From Dehalococcoidia bacterium (GTDB lineage: Bacteria > Chloroflexota > Dehalococcoidia > Lucifugimonadales > UBA3495): a stretch of 64,000 nucleotides of DNA. Positions 34,270 to 43,370 of the stretch are shown one piece after another (position 1 is the first letter of the stretch; the number at the start of each line of letters is the position of its first letter). The position numbers and the translations under genes are program-made. The stretch is taken from positions 202,977 through 266,976 of the forward strand of contig CBDBCU010000005.1 in NCBI GenBank assembly GCA_965203435.1, given 5' to 3'. The notes beneath the pieces were generated by a model that saw only the letters and a list, made by a program, of their open reading frames with translations, was not told the origin of the DNA and did not search any database.

Positions 34270-34788
34270 ATGCCTATGGCTGTTATCTTTGACGCCAACG
34301 CCCTTATAAATCTGCACCAAGCCGGCTTGCTGGCGGCGGTGCATAGCCATCAGGATTGCCTAATCACCGCCGAGGTGTACGACGAAGTAGTGGGACGGGG
34401 GCAACGGGCCGGACATCGGGACGCTTATGAAATAGCCGATATTATTGGCTTGAGCGCCGATTTCCCTACCGAAATTCTGCCCGGGTTGAACCATTTTGGA
34501 ATTGGCGAAGCGTCAGTCCTGAGCCGATATGTCGCCAGGCAAAGCGGCGCGGGTTCGGAGGCCGATGTTATAGTCAGCGACGACCGTCAATTTCTGAACT
34601 ACTTGCGCCGTAAGATGGAGCAGGAGGGCGTAGAAATCCGGTATCTGACCACGGCCGGCTTTATAGCCTGGTTAGCTATAGAGGGCGTCTTAGCTAAGCC
34701 CTTGGCCTTGGAATCCCTCGAAAGCATCCGGGCCAGAATCCGCGAAAGCGATTATCAGGCAGCCCGTCAGATTTTGGAGGGGGTATGA
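34270..34788 (+). CDS. PIN-like nuclease domain protein (DUF3368-type)
   Basis: Acidic residues in PIN-like positions (VIFDANALI.., ..GEASVL.., ..IVSDD). ATGA overlap with the downstream UPF0175-like gene. Confidence 0.65.
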   Translation: MPMAVIFDANALINLHQAGLLAAVHSHQDCLITAEVYDEVVGRGQRAGHRDAYEIADIIGLSADFPTEILPGLNHFGIGEASVLSRYVARQSGAGSEADVIVSDDRQFLNYLRRKMEQEGVEIRYLTTAGFIAWLAIEGVLAKPLALESLESIRARIRESDYQAARQILEGV

Positions 34789-35126
34789 CTACAAAACCAA
34801 CCCCAGGGGTAGCCGGCCTCCTGCCGGATATTTCCCCCGGCCTGCTGCAAGCCGCCGACCTTTGCGGCGATTTGCAGCGCGCCGACCGCGCCGCCATCCT
34901 GTTGGAATGGCTGCGCCAAGGGGCCGAGCGGGAACTGCTGCAACTAGTCAGCGCCGGAGAGTTGAGCGCCGGGAAAATGGTCGAACTCCTGGGCATTACC
35001 TACTACGATGTCCCGGCTCTGGCCGCAAAGTACGGACTGGAAATCGGCGCTACCGGCGAACAGTCCCGCTACGCCCTGGAGCAGTTCGCCAAAACCCCCA
35101 ATTCCGGCATCCGTTTCCTTGATTAA
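34785..35126 (+). CDS. UPF0175-family putative antitoxin
   Basis: 113 aa with ..GELSAGKMVELLGITYYDV.., the UPF0175-like HTH. Translationally coupled to the PIN gene. Confidence 0.6.
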   Translation: MTTKPTPGVAGLLPDISPGLLQAADLCGDLQRADRAAILLEWLRQGAERELLQLVSAGELSAGKMVELLGITYYDVPALAAKYGLEIGATGEQSRYALEQFAKTPNSGIRFLD

Positions 35127-35160
35127 CCGCCGCCCATCGGACAAGGGAGGTTAGCCCCCA

Positions 35161-35577
35161 ATGGCCCAGAAACCCTACATCGACTTTAACCAGGCCCAGG
35201 CCGCGATGCAGGCCGTCATCGCCGAAGTAACCAAGCCCGGCGGCCTGCCGGTCGCCATTGCCATCGTGGACGATGCCGGCAATATGGTCGCCTACGCCCA
35301 GATGGACAATGTGCGCCTTTACGCCCGCCGCCACGCTTTCCGCAAAGCCTACACCGCCGCCGTTATGGGCATGGACACCGGCCCCCACGGCGAGCAGCTC
35401 AAGGAACGCGGCCGCACCGTCAGCGACTACGGCGACCCCAACCTGACCCCGGGCATCGGCGGCGTAGTCGTCCGCTCTCCGGAGGGCGTCATTATGGGCG
35501 GCATCGGCGTCGGCGGCTGGCTGGCCCGGGACGAGGAACTGGCCCAAATCGGCCTGAACGCTATGGAAGTGGGCTAA
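35161..35577 (+). CDS. GlcG/HbpS-like haem-binding protein (DUF336)
   Basis: ..VAIAIVDDAGNMVAYAQMD..A.RKAYTAA...GGIGVGG.. signature. Confidence 0.8.
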   Translation: MAQKPYIDFNQAQAAMQAVIAEVTKPGGLPVAIAIVDDAGNMVAYAQMDNVRLYARRHAFRKAYTAAVMGMDTGPHGEQLKERGRTVSDYGDPNLTPGIGGVVVRSPEGVIMGGIGVGGWLARDEELAQIGLNAMEVG

Positions 35578-35601
35578 CCGGCGGCCGGCTGCTCCGGCCG
35601 C

Positions 35602-35889
35602 CTACACCCCTTCGACAAACAGGACATTAGTATCGGCCGCCGCCAGCCGCAGGGCCTTGGGGCCGGCATATTCCTCGGAGTAATACCACGCCTTGGCCTG
35701 CGCCACGCTGGCAAACTCCACAATAACCAGCCGGGACGGATTCCATTCCCCCTCCACCGTCTCCGTAGCACCGCCCCGGACCAAATAGCGGCCGCCATAA
35801 GCCGCAATCGTCGCGCTGACCTGCTGCTGATACTCCCCAAACCCGGCCGGGTCGGTAACGGTTACTTCGGCAATCACATAACCCGCCAT
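35602..35889 (-). CDS. DUF1330 domain protein
   Basis: Start trimmed to MAGYVIAEVTV (35889). ..YGGRYLVRGG..E.VEG.W.P.RLVIVEF.S...A..WY.S.EY.. is typical DUF1330. Confidence 0.8.
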   Translation of the reverse strand: MAGYVIAEVTVTDPAGFGEYQQQVSATIAAYGGRYLVRGGATETVEGEWNPSRLVIVEFASVAQAKAWYYSEEYAGPKALRLAAADTNVLFVEGV

Positions 35890-35948
35890 AAAAAGACCTC
35901 CAAGAATCCGTCCCCTCGGAATTCGTTGCCGGGTGAATCCCCAACCCA

Positions 35949-36365
35949 TCACCCCCTCAGCGGCGTTACCGCCACCGGCCCGCCTTCCTGCATATCCACC
36001 GTCAACCGGCAATGTTCCAGCATCGCCGTACCCAGTAGCGGCCGGGGGTTTTCCGTCTGATACACCAGGATGTCAATCTGCCGGCCTTGCCATTGCGCCA
36101 CGGCCTCGAATGTTGGCATCCAGATTACCTGGTCATTGGCAATTCGCACCTGCCGGCGCTGGTAAAGCTGGAGATTCAGCTCCCGAACCGCGACTTCGGG
36201 CAGAGTCAGCCAGCCGGAAAACCCGGTATCGATCACGACTTCTACTTCCCAAAACTCCAAGCTGGGGCCGGCCACCGCCACCGTAATCCGCGCCTCCAGA
36301 ATGTTGACCGGCTCTACCCGGCCCGCCAGCACCACTTCGCCGTGGACGCCCCTAGAGGTACTCAA
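35949..36365 (-). CDS. Clan AA retropepsin-like aspartic protease, DTGF type
   Basis: ..VEVVIDTGFSGWLTLP.. active-site motif. The tracked TTG start overlaps the upstream gene by 14 nt. An alternative GTG at 36335 cannot be excluded. Confidence 0.8.
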   Translation of the reverse strand: MSTSRGVHGEVVLAGRVEPVNILEARITVAVAGPSLEFWEVEVVIDTGFSGWLTLPEVAVRELNLQLYQRRQVRIANDQVIWMPTFEAVAQWQGRQIDILVYQTENPRPLLGTAMLEHCRLTVDMQEGGPVAVTPLRG

Positions 36366-36924
36366 GAGTCATCCGGGAACGGAACGGGGCGGCCGCGCCC
36401 TCCCCGCCGATACTGCGCCCCCAATTCAACGCCTCGGGATGCTGCGCCAACATCCGCAGCGTAGCCGTCAGCTTATCCTCGGCAACGACATAATCGCCGC
36501 TGCGGACATCGATGACGACGACTTGGCCGCAACACTCTGCTTCCAGCCGCTCGGCCAGCCCCGCGTAGATGGCTTCCCCCTTTTGGATCAGCTCCTCCCG
36601 CTCCTTCTTTTTCTGGTGTTCGTAGTACGCCAGAGTAATCGCCGGGCTCATCTGAGCCACCGCCCCGTCCCCGCCAACGCTGCGCCCCCAATTCCAGCGA
36701 TTGGGATGCAGCTTACTCATGGCCTGCGTAGCCTCCAGGTCGTCTTTCCCGAGGACATAGTCGCCGCTAAGCACATCGATGACGACGACCTTGCCGTAGT
36801 GTTCGGCTTCCAGCTGCTCCGCCATCGCCTCGTACAGAGCTTTCCCCAGGGCATCGACCTCCTCCGGGGACAATTCCGCGGTACGTTCAGCTTCCGTCTT
36901 GACCCGTTCCCCTGCCGAAACCAT
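36352..36924 (-). CDS. Partner protein of the DTGF protease: two tandem copies of a ~75-aa domain (..LEAEH.GK.VVIDV.SGDY......L.A.......P.A..WG...G..)
   Basis: ATG behind GAGGAGG. There is an internal duplication (..EAEHYGKVVVIDVLSGDYVLGKDD.. and ..EAECCGQVVVIDVRSGDYVVAEDK..). The same gene pair occurs at 59514..60531. Confidence 0.75.
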   Translation of the reverse strand: MVSAGERVKTEAERTAELSPEEVDALGKALYEAMAEQLEAEHYGKVVVIDVLSGDYVLGKDDLEATQAMSKLHPNRWNWGRSVGGDGAVAQMSPAITLAYYEHQKKKEREELIQKGEAIYAGLAERLEAECCGQVVVIDVRSGDYVVAEDKLTATLRMLAQHPEALNWGRSIGGEGAAAPFRSRMTLEYL

Positions 36925-37142
36925 AGCCCACCTCCTCTAAAATCGTCCCGCTCCCGCCATTGTAAAACCCCGGCCGCCCCGGTTTCAAGACAAAAGCTAC
37001 CCCTCTAAATCTGCTTTTGGAACACCGCTTATCCTCAACAAGTTGAGAGGGCGGCCGGTGCTGGCCGCCGGGCAGAAACTCCACGCCGAAAAATGATATA
37101 ATACCCTCAATTCGTCCCGCCGCACTCCCGGAGGTTGCAAAT

Positions 37143-38222
37143 ATGACCCCGCCGACCAGCCATCCGGCGCCGGCCCCGGCCTACACCAACGCCGCCGCCG
37201 AATATCGCGCCGCCCTTGAAACCGCCGCCCTCTACGACCACTCCCCCGCCGGCCGCCTGCGCGCCGAGGGCGACGATGCCCTGGATTTGCTCAACCGCCT
37301 TTCCACCAACCGGGTGGACAATCTGCCGCCGGGCCACGGCGCGCCCACCATCCTGACCACCGATCGCGGCCGCATCCTGGATCTGCTGCTGGTAGTCAAC
37401 ACCGGCCCCTATGCCCTGCTCTTGACCGGCCTCGGCAGCCCGTCGGCCGTTATCGCTTGGCTGGACAAATACACCATTATGGAGGATTTGACCCTAACCG
37501 ACATTACGGCGGACACCGCCCAATTTACCCTCTGCGGCCCCGCCGCCGGCCAACTTATCGCCGCCGCCGGCCTGGCCGATAGCAGTCAATTGGCCGAACT
37601 GGAACCCTACGCCGCCTTGGATGCCAACCTTGCCGGCCAGGAAATAATGCTGATCCATCATCCCATAGCCGACTTGCCGGCTTGGGATTTGATGCTGGCG
37701 GATAATTCCGCCGCCCTGAGGGTATGGGAAATCTTAACCGCCGCCGGCTTTATCCCTATGCGGCAAGATGCTTGGGACGCCCTGCTGGTCAGTAAAGGAA
37801 TCCCCCGCTACGGGCGGGAATTGGGGGATGATTTTAACCCTCTGGAGGCCGGCCTGATTGGCGCCATTGACTTTGCCAAAGGCTGCTACATCGGCCAAGA
37901 AGTCATCGCCCGGCTGGACACCTATCAAAAGGTGCAGAAACAGCTGGCCCTGCTGCGTTTCCCGGCCAATATCCCGGAAACCGCCGGCGCAGAACCAACC
38001 GCCGCCATCCCAGTTGTCGAGGGCGCGGAACTGACCGATGGCAGCCGCAAAGTCGGCCAAATAACTTCCCTGGCCGCCCAACCTGATACCGGGGAAATGC
38101 TGGCCCTGGCCTACATCCGCGCCGCCCACGCTCAACCCGGAAAGCAGTTAACCCTGGCCGCCCCCCATCAGGGCAATGCCGAAATAATCCGCTTGCCCCA
38201 GCTATTCGGCCCGGGGGAATAA
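37143..38222 (+). CDS. ygfZ: Folate-binding YgfZ/GcvT-like protein
   Basis: GcvT-like N-terminal domain and the KGCYIGQEVIARL signature. TGATATAAT promoter-like box at 37094..37102 and a GGAGG SD. Confidence 0.7.
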   Translation: MTPPTSHPAPAPAYTNAAAEYRAALETAALYDHSPAGRLRAEGDDALDLLNRLSTNRVDNLPPGHGAPTILTTDRGRILDLLLVVNTGPYALLLTGLGSPSAVIAWLDKYTIMEDLTLTDITADTAQFTLCGPAAGQLIAAAGLADSSQLAELEPYAALDANLAGQEIMLIHHPIADLPAWDLMLADNSAALRVWEILTAAGFIPMRQDAWDALLVSKGIPRYGRELGDDFNPLEAGLIGAIDFAKGCYIGQEVIARLDTYQKVQKQLALLRFPANIPETAGAEPTAAIPVVEGAELTDGSRKVGQITSLAAQPDTGEMLALAYIRAAHAQPGKQLTLAAPHQGNAEIIRLPQLFGPGE

Positions 38223-38251
38223 GAGGGAATAACCCCCCCATCCTTCCCCCT

Positions 38252-38818
38252 TTAGAAAACCGCCGGGTGAATTTCCCCCCGTTCATCCGCAGCCAGCAAA
38301 GCCGTAAAATCGTAGCCGCGGCGGCGCAGTTCCGCGCTGCCGCCCTCCTGCCGATCCAGAATTGCCAGCGTCTTAACTACCGAACAGCCAGCCGCTTCCG
38401 CCGCAGCAACCGCCTGCAACAGCGACCCGCCGGTGGTGCAGGTGTCATCCACAATAGCCACCGGCCGCCCGGCCGGCAGCGGCCCCTCGACCAACTGGCC
38501 GGCCCCGTGCGTCTTGGCTTCCTTGCGGACGATAAAACCCGGAATCGCCGGCCCGCCGTCCTGGTAGCTGGTCAACGCCACCGCCGCCACTATCGGATCC
38601 GCCCCCAAAGTCGGCCCGCCAATAGCTTCCGCCCCGGCCGCCCGCAGCAACGGCAGCAAGGCTTGACCAATCAGATAGGCCCCCTCCGGCTCCAGGCTCA
38701 GTAGCCGTCCGTCAAAGTAGTAACCGCTCTTGCGCCCCGAGGTCAGAGTAAAATCCCCATAGCGCAAAGCCCCCTTAGCCAGGGCCAGTTGCAGCAAACG
38801 CTCCGCCAGTTCTTTCAA
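38252..38818 (-). CDS. pyrE: Orotate phosphoribosyltransferase
   Basis: ..GDFTLTSGRKSGYYFD.. and the PRPP motif VAIVDDTCTTGGS. Confidence 0.9.
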   Translation of the reverse strand: MKELAERLLQLALAKGALRYGDFTLTSGRKSGYYFDGRLLSLEPEGAYLIGQALLPLLRAAGAEAIGGPTLGADPIVAAVALTSYQDGGPAIPGFIVRKEAKTHGAGQLVEGPLPAGRPVAIVDDTCTTGGSLLQAVAAAEAAGCSVVKTLAILDRQEGGSAELRRRGYDFTALLAADERGEIHPAVF

Positions 38819-38824
38819 GATTGC

Positions 38825-39445
38825 CTACCCCCCTTTATAAAGCCCCTTCTCCCCAATATACTCCCCCACTGCCGCCGGCGTACGGTAGCGGAGGGATTGG
38901 TCGACTGCAGCCCGCCGCCGCAAATCCGTGGCGCTGATTGCCACGCTTGCCACCGCCAAGACAGTTATGCGGTCGGCATAAGCGGGATAGCGGGATTTTA
39001 TGCCCGCGACAATATCATCCCCATCCCCCTCAGCAACATAGCCCGGCCGGGGTACTACCGCCAGGTTTGCCCACTGCAATATCCGTTCCGGGTCTTTCCA
39101 GCGGGGAAAATCGGCCAGGGCATCCAGGCCCAAGATGAAATGCATTTCCGCCGCCGCGCCCCATTCCCTTCGCAGCCTTTCCAAAGTGTCCACCGTGTAG
39201 CTGGGCCCGGGCCGTTCCACTTCCCACCGCAAAACCTCAAAATGGGGATTGTCCGCCGTAGCCAGTTCCACCATCCGTAGGCGGTGAATGGCGGCGGTCA
39301 ACGGCTGGCCCGCCTTGAGCCAAGGTTGGCCCGCCGGCACAAACAGAACCTGGTCCAATGCCAGGATTTCCCGACCTTCCTCGGCCAGCAACAGGTGGCC
39401 GAAATGTATCGGGTCAAAAGTCCCACCCAAGATGCCGTACCGCAT
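38825..39445 (-). CDS. nadD: Nicotinate-nucleotide adenylyltransferase
   Basis: Start trimmed to MRYGILGGTFDPIHFGHL (39445), 1 nt after the obg stop. Confidence 0.9.
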   Translation of the reverse strand: MRYGILGGTFDPIHFGHLLLAEEGREILALDQVLFVPAGQPWLKAGQPLTAAIHRLRMVELATADNPHFEVLRWEVERPGPSYTVDTLERLRREWGAAAEMHFILGLDALADFPRWKDPERILQWANLAVVPRPGYVAEGDGDDIVAGIKSRYPAYADRITVLAVASVAISATDLRRRAAVDQSLRYRTPAAVGEYIGEKGLYKGG

Positions 39446-39446
39446 C

Positions 39447-40811
<1,365 letters not shown>

Positions 40812-40877
40812 CTATCTGCCCTAGCCGGTTTCGCCGTGGATAGTTGCCATTATAACACGGATAAGCAAGGGTGGGAA

Positions 40878-41019
40878 TGTGGATAAGAGGCAGTTAATTG
40901 TGGATAATTTTTACTGACGCTGGGGTTGAGACAGGTTGGGCGGCGGTTAGGTATAGTTTATTGGGGGGTTATCCACTAACCCGAACGGGTTATCCACGAA
41001 ATCCGGCAAGTTATCCACG
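40878..41019. promoter_or_regulatory. Cluster of five DnaA boxes
   Basis: TGTGGATAA at 40878-40886 and 40899-40907 are perfect reverse matches to TTATCCACA. TTATCCACT at 40969-40977, and TTATCCACG at 40990-40998 and 41011-41019, each have one mismatch. A weaker CGTGGATAG lies near 40837. The region is locally AT-richer. Confidence 0.6.
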
Positions 41020-41063
41020 GTGTTATGTAAGGGCGGGATGCGGGATTTGGCCCGGATGCCGGT

Positions 41064-41092
41064 TTGCATTTCCTGCCGGAAAGGAGTAGAAT
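41064..41092 (+). promoter_or_regulatory. Promoter TTGCAT-17-TAGAAT ending 6 nt before the ATG (leaderless-type)
   Basis: An identical arrangement lies at 50706..50734 upstream of the paralogue. Confidence 0.55.
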
Positions 41093-41098
41093 AGCGGT

Positions 41099-41656
41099 AT
41101 GCTGGGACGAAAAGGGCGGCGATTTCTGCGGTCGCTGAAAGAGGGCGGGAAAGTTCTGCTGTCCAGCCTGATCGGCGTCCTGTCGCTGGCGGCGAACTTT
41201 TACTTGGTATGGATCCGGTGGGACTGGAGCGTCCAGTCCTACTATGACTTCTACAAGGAAGTCATCACCACTACGGCGGCCACGGCGGCCGTGCTGATTG
41301 CCATAGTCATCTACAGCCCGGAGGTGGTCAAGGTGTTTGGAGAAACCTTTCTGGCAAAACGGTTCGCGGCCGGCCGCGAGGAGGGCCTGGAGGAGGGGGT
41401 GGTCAAGGGTCGCGAGGAGGGTCGCGAGGAGGGTCGTGAGGAGGGCGTGGTCAAGGGGCGTGAGGAGGGTCGCGAGGAGGGTCGTGAGGAGGGCGTGGTC
41501 AAGGGGCGCGAGGAGGGGGTGGTCAAGGGCCGGGGAGAGCGGGACGCGGAGTTGCTAAAGCTCCTCGAGGAAAGCCCGGAAGTTACGCTCGACCATCTTA
41601 AGGACCTTCTGCGTAGTGGGGACGCGCCGAGCAACGGCAAGGAATCCGGGCAGTAG
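41099..41656 (+). CDS. Membrane protein with GREEG-type repeats
   Basis: Two predicted TM helices are followed by FLAKRFAAGREEGLEEGVVKGREEGREEGREEGVVK..., which derives from tandem 45-nt units, and an ..ELLKLLEESPEVTLDHLKDLL tail. The paralogue is at 50741..51286. Confidence 0.7.
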   Translation: MLGRKGRRFLRSLKEGGKVLLSSLIGVLSLAANFYLVWIRWDWSVQSYYDFYKEVITTTAATAAVLIAIVIYSPEVVKVFGETFLAKRFAAGREEGLEEGVVKGREEGREEGREEGVVKGREEGREEGREEGVVKGREEGVVKGRGERDAELLKLLEESPEVTLDHLKDLLRSGDAPSNGKESGQ

Positions 41657-41696
41657 CGGTAGGATTAGCCGGTGACTCGAAGCCGGCCGGCTTGAG

Positions 41697-41981
41697 GTGG
41701 CGACGGTGTTTGGAGACGAATTTCTGGCAAAACGGTTCGCGGCCGGCCGCGAGGAGGGCCTGGAGGAGGGCGTAGTCAAGGGGCGCGAGGAGGGCCTGAT
41801 CAAGGGGCGCGAGGAGGGCCTGATCAAGGGGCGCGAGGAGATGCGCGCCGAAGTTCAGGCGGAGTTGCGGCGGCTCTTGGCGGAGAACCCGGAAACTTTT
41901 GCCGACCAGGTCAAAGACTGGCTGGGCAATGGGGACGCGCCGCGCAACGGCAATAAGCCCGGGGAATCGCGGCGGGATTAG
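41697..41981 (+). CDS. GREEG-repeat protein lacking the membrane domain (partial duplicate of the upstream gene; may be a fragment)
   Basis: GTG start. VFGDEFLAKRFAAGREEGLEEGVVKGREEGLIKGREEG.. repeats the C-terminal part of 41099..41656. Confidence 0.35.
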   Translation: MATVFGDEFLAKRFAAGREEGLEEGVVKGREEGLIKGREEGLIKGREEMRAEVQAELRRLLAENPETFADQVKDWLGNGDAPRNGNKPGESRRD

Positions 41982-42008
41982 TCCCGCCGCCCTGTTTTAC
42001 CGCCATCC

Positions 42009-42980
42009 CTACCAGCCCGTGGCGCCGCTTACCATTACCGCTACGAACAGCAGGCCCAGGTACAGCAGGGAATAGAGGTAGAGTTTCCGGGCGTTGGCCG
42101 CGCTTTCCTCCCGTTTCAGCCGCCAAGCCAACCAAAGGAATATCCCGCCTAAAAACAGGGCGGCGGCGGCGTAAAGCCAGCCCACCGCATCGGTCAAGGC
42201 GAACATGGCGGTCAATCCCACCAGGGCCAGGGAGTAGAGGAATATGCTGCCGACGGTGAAATGGCGGGTGGATACTACCGGCAGCATTGGTACGCCGGCC
42301 CGTTCATAATCCCGCTGAATCAGCAGGGCCAAGGCCCAGAAGTGCGGCGGCGTCCAGAAAAAGACGATGGCAAAAAGATAGACCGCCGGCAAATCCACCG
42401 ACCCGGTTACGGCGGCCCAGCCGACCATCGGCGGAAAGGCCCCGGCCGCCCCGCCGATGACAATGTTTTGCGGGGTGGTGCGTTTCAGCCACAGGGTATA
42501 AATCAGCACATAAAACAGGGTGGCGGCCATAGTCAGCGCGGCGGCCAGCCCATTGACCCCCACCGCCAGCACCAGGGCGGCAATCAGGTTCAGTCCGATG
42601 CCAAAGAGCAGGGCATGGCTTGGCCGGATGCGCCGGGTTGCCACCGGCCGCTGGCTCGTGCGCCGCATCAATCCGTCAATGTCCCGGTCAAAGTAGTGGT
42701 TCAGGGCATTGGCTCCGCCGGAGGCCAGCGCGCCGCCCAACCAGACCAATCCCAGCAGGGTCAAGGATGGGACGCCGCCGCCCAATTGACCTTGGGCCAG
42801 GAACATCCCCCCGGCCGCCGTTACCAGCAGCAGCATTATGATGGGCGGCTTGGTCAGGGTGATGTAGTCGTTAATCACCCCCCACACGCCGGGCGGCCGC
42901 CGGGTTTCCGCCGGCCCGGCGGCCGTTTCCGCGGCGGCGGCCGGCGGCGGCGTATCGGTCAGGGATTGGGGTTCAGCCAT
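42009..42980 (-). CDS. ctaB: Protohaem IX farnesyltransferase (haem O synthase, UbiA family)
   Basis: ..ITLTKPPIIMLLLVT.., ..NHYFDRDIDGLMRRTSQRP.., polytopic. Confidence 0.9.
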   Translation of the reverse strand: MAEPQSLTDTPPPAAAAETAAGPAETRRPPGVWGVINDYITLTKPPIIMLLLVTAAGGMFLAQGQLGGGVPSLTLLGLVWLGGALASGGANALNHYFDRDIDGLMRRTSQRPVATRRIRPSHALLFGIGLNLIAALVLAVGVNGLAAALTMAATLFYVLIYTLWLKRTTPQNIVIGGAAGAFPPMVGWAAVTGSVDLPAVYLFAIVFFWTPPHFWALALLIQRDYERAGVPMLPVVSTRHFTVGSIFLYSLALVGLTAMFALTDAVGWLYAAAALFLGGIFLWLAWRLKREESAANARKLYLYSLLYLGLLFVAVMVSGATGW

Positions 42981-43054
42981 CAGTTAATTCCTCAACAAGA
43001 CGGGCGGTCAAGCGGCTGCCGCCCATTATAGCATTTTTCCCCGGGAAAGGGGGA

Positions 43055-43100
43055 GACGGATTCAAACATGGATAGACAGGATTAACCGGATTCTTGCTCC
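43055..43100. mobile_element. Half copy (one terminus) of MITE family A
   Basis: GACGGATTCAAACATGGATAGACAGGATTAACCGGATTCTTGCTC. It is the mirror of 31021..31058. Confidence 0.6.
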
Positions 43101-43102
43101 CA

Positions 43103-43201
43103 CCGTCATTCCCGCTTACGCGGGAATCCCCACGGTCGCCTGTCGACAATACCATCCTAATGCAGTACGGTTCGGGATTCCCGCTTACGCGGGAATGACG
43201 G
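43103..43201. repeat. Interspersed repeat family B
   Basis: Near-identical inverted duplicate of 30913..31011. Confidence 0.8.
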
Positions 43202-43259
43202 TAGAGGGGCATCGAAAATCACCCAAAAAATAAAAATTTCGAATTCGCCCCCCAACCCC

Positions 43260-43288
43260 TTGCAATTCCCCAAACCCTGTGCTAGACT
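43260..43288 (+). promoter_or_regulatory. Putative promoter of family copy 3
   Basis: TTGCAA (43260-43265), 17 nt, TAGACT (43283-43288). Confidence 0.5.
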
Positions 43289-43299
43289 GAATGCACATA

Positions 43300-43339
43300 A
43301 GTCCGGGGCTGAATCGCCGAGGCGATTCAGCCCCGGACT
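43300..43339 (+). promoter_or_regulatory. Perfect 19-bp stem hairpin in the 5' leader of family copy 3
   Basis: AGTCCGGGGCTGAATCGCC-GA-GGCGATTCAGCCCCGGACT followed by CTGTTTCTGG and the GGGAGG SD. Confidence 0.6.
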
Positions 43340-43370
43340 CTGTTTCTGGGGCCTCTTGGGAGGTTCCCTT

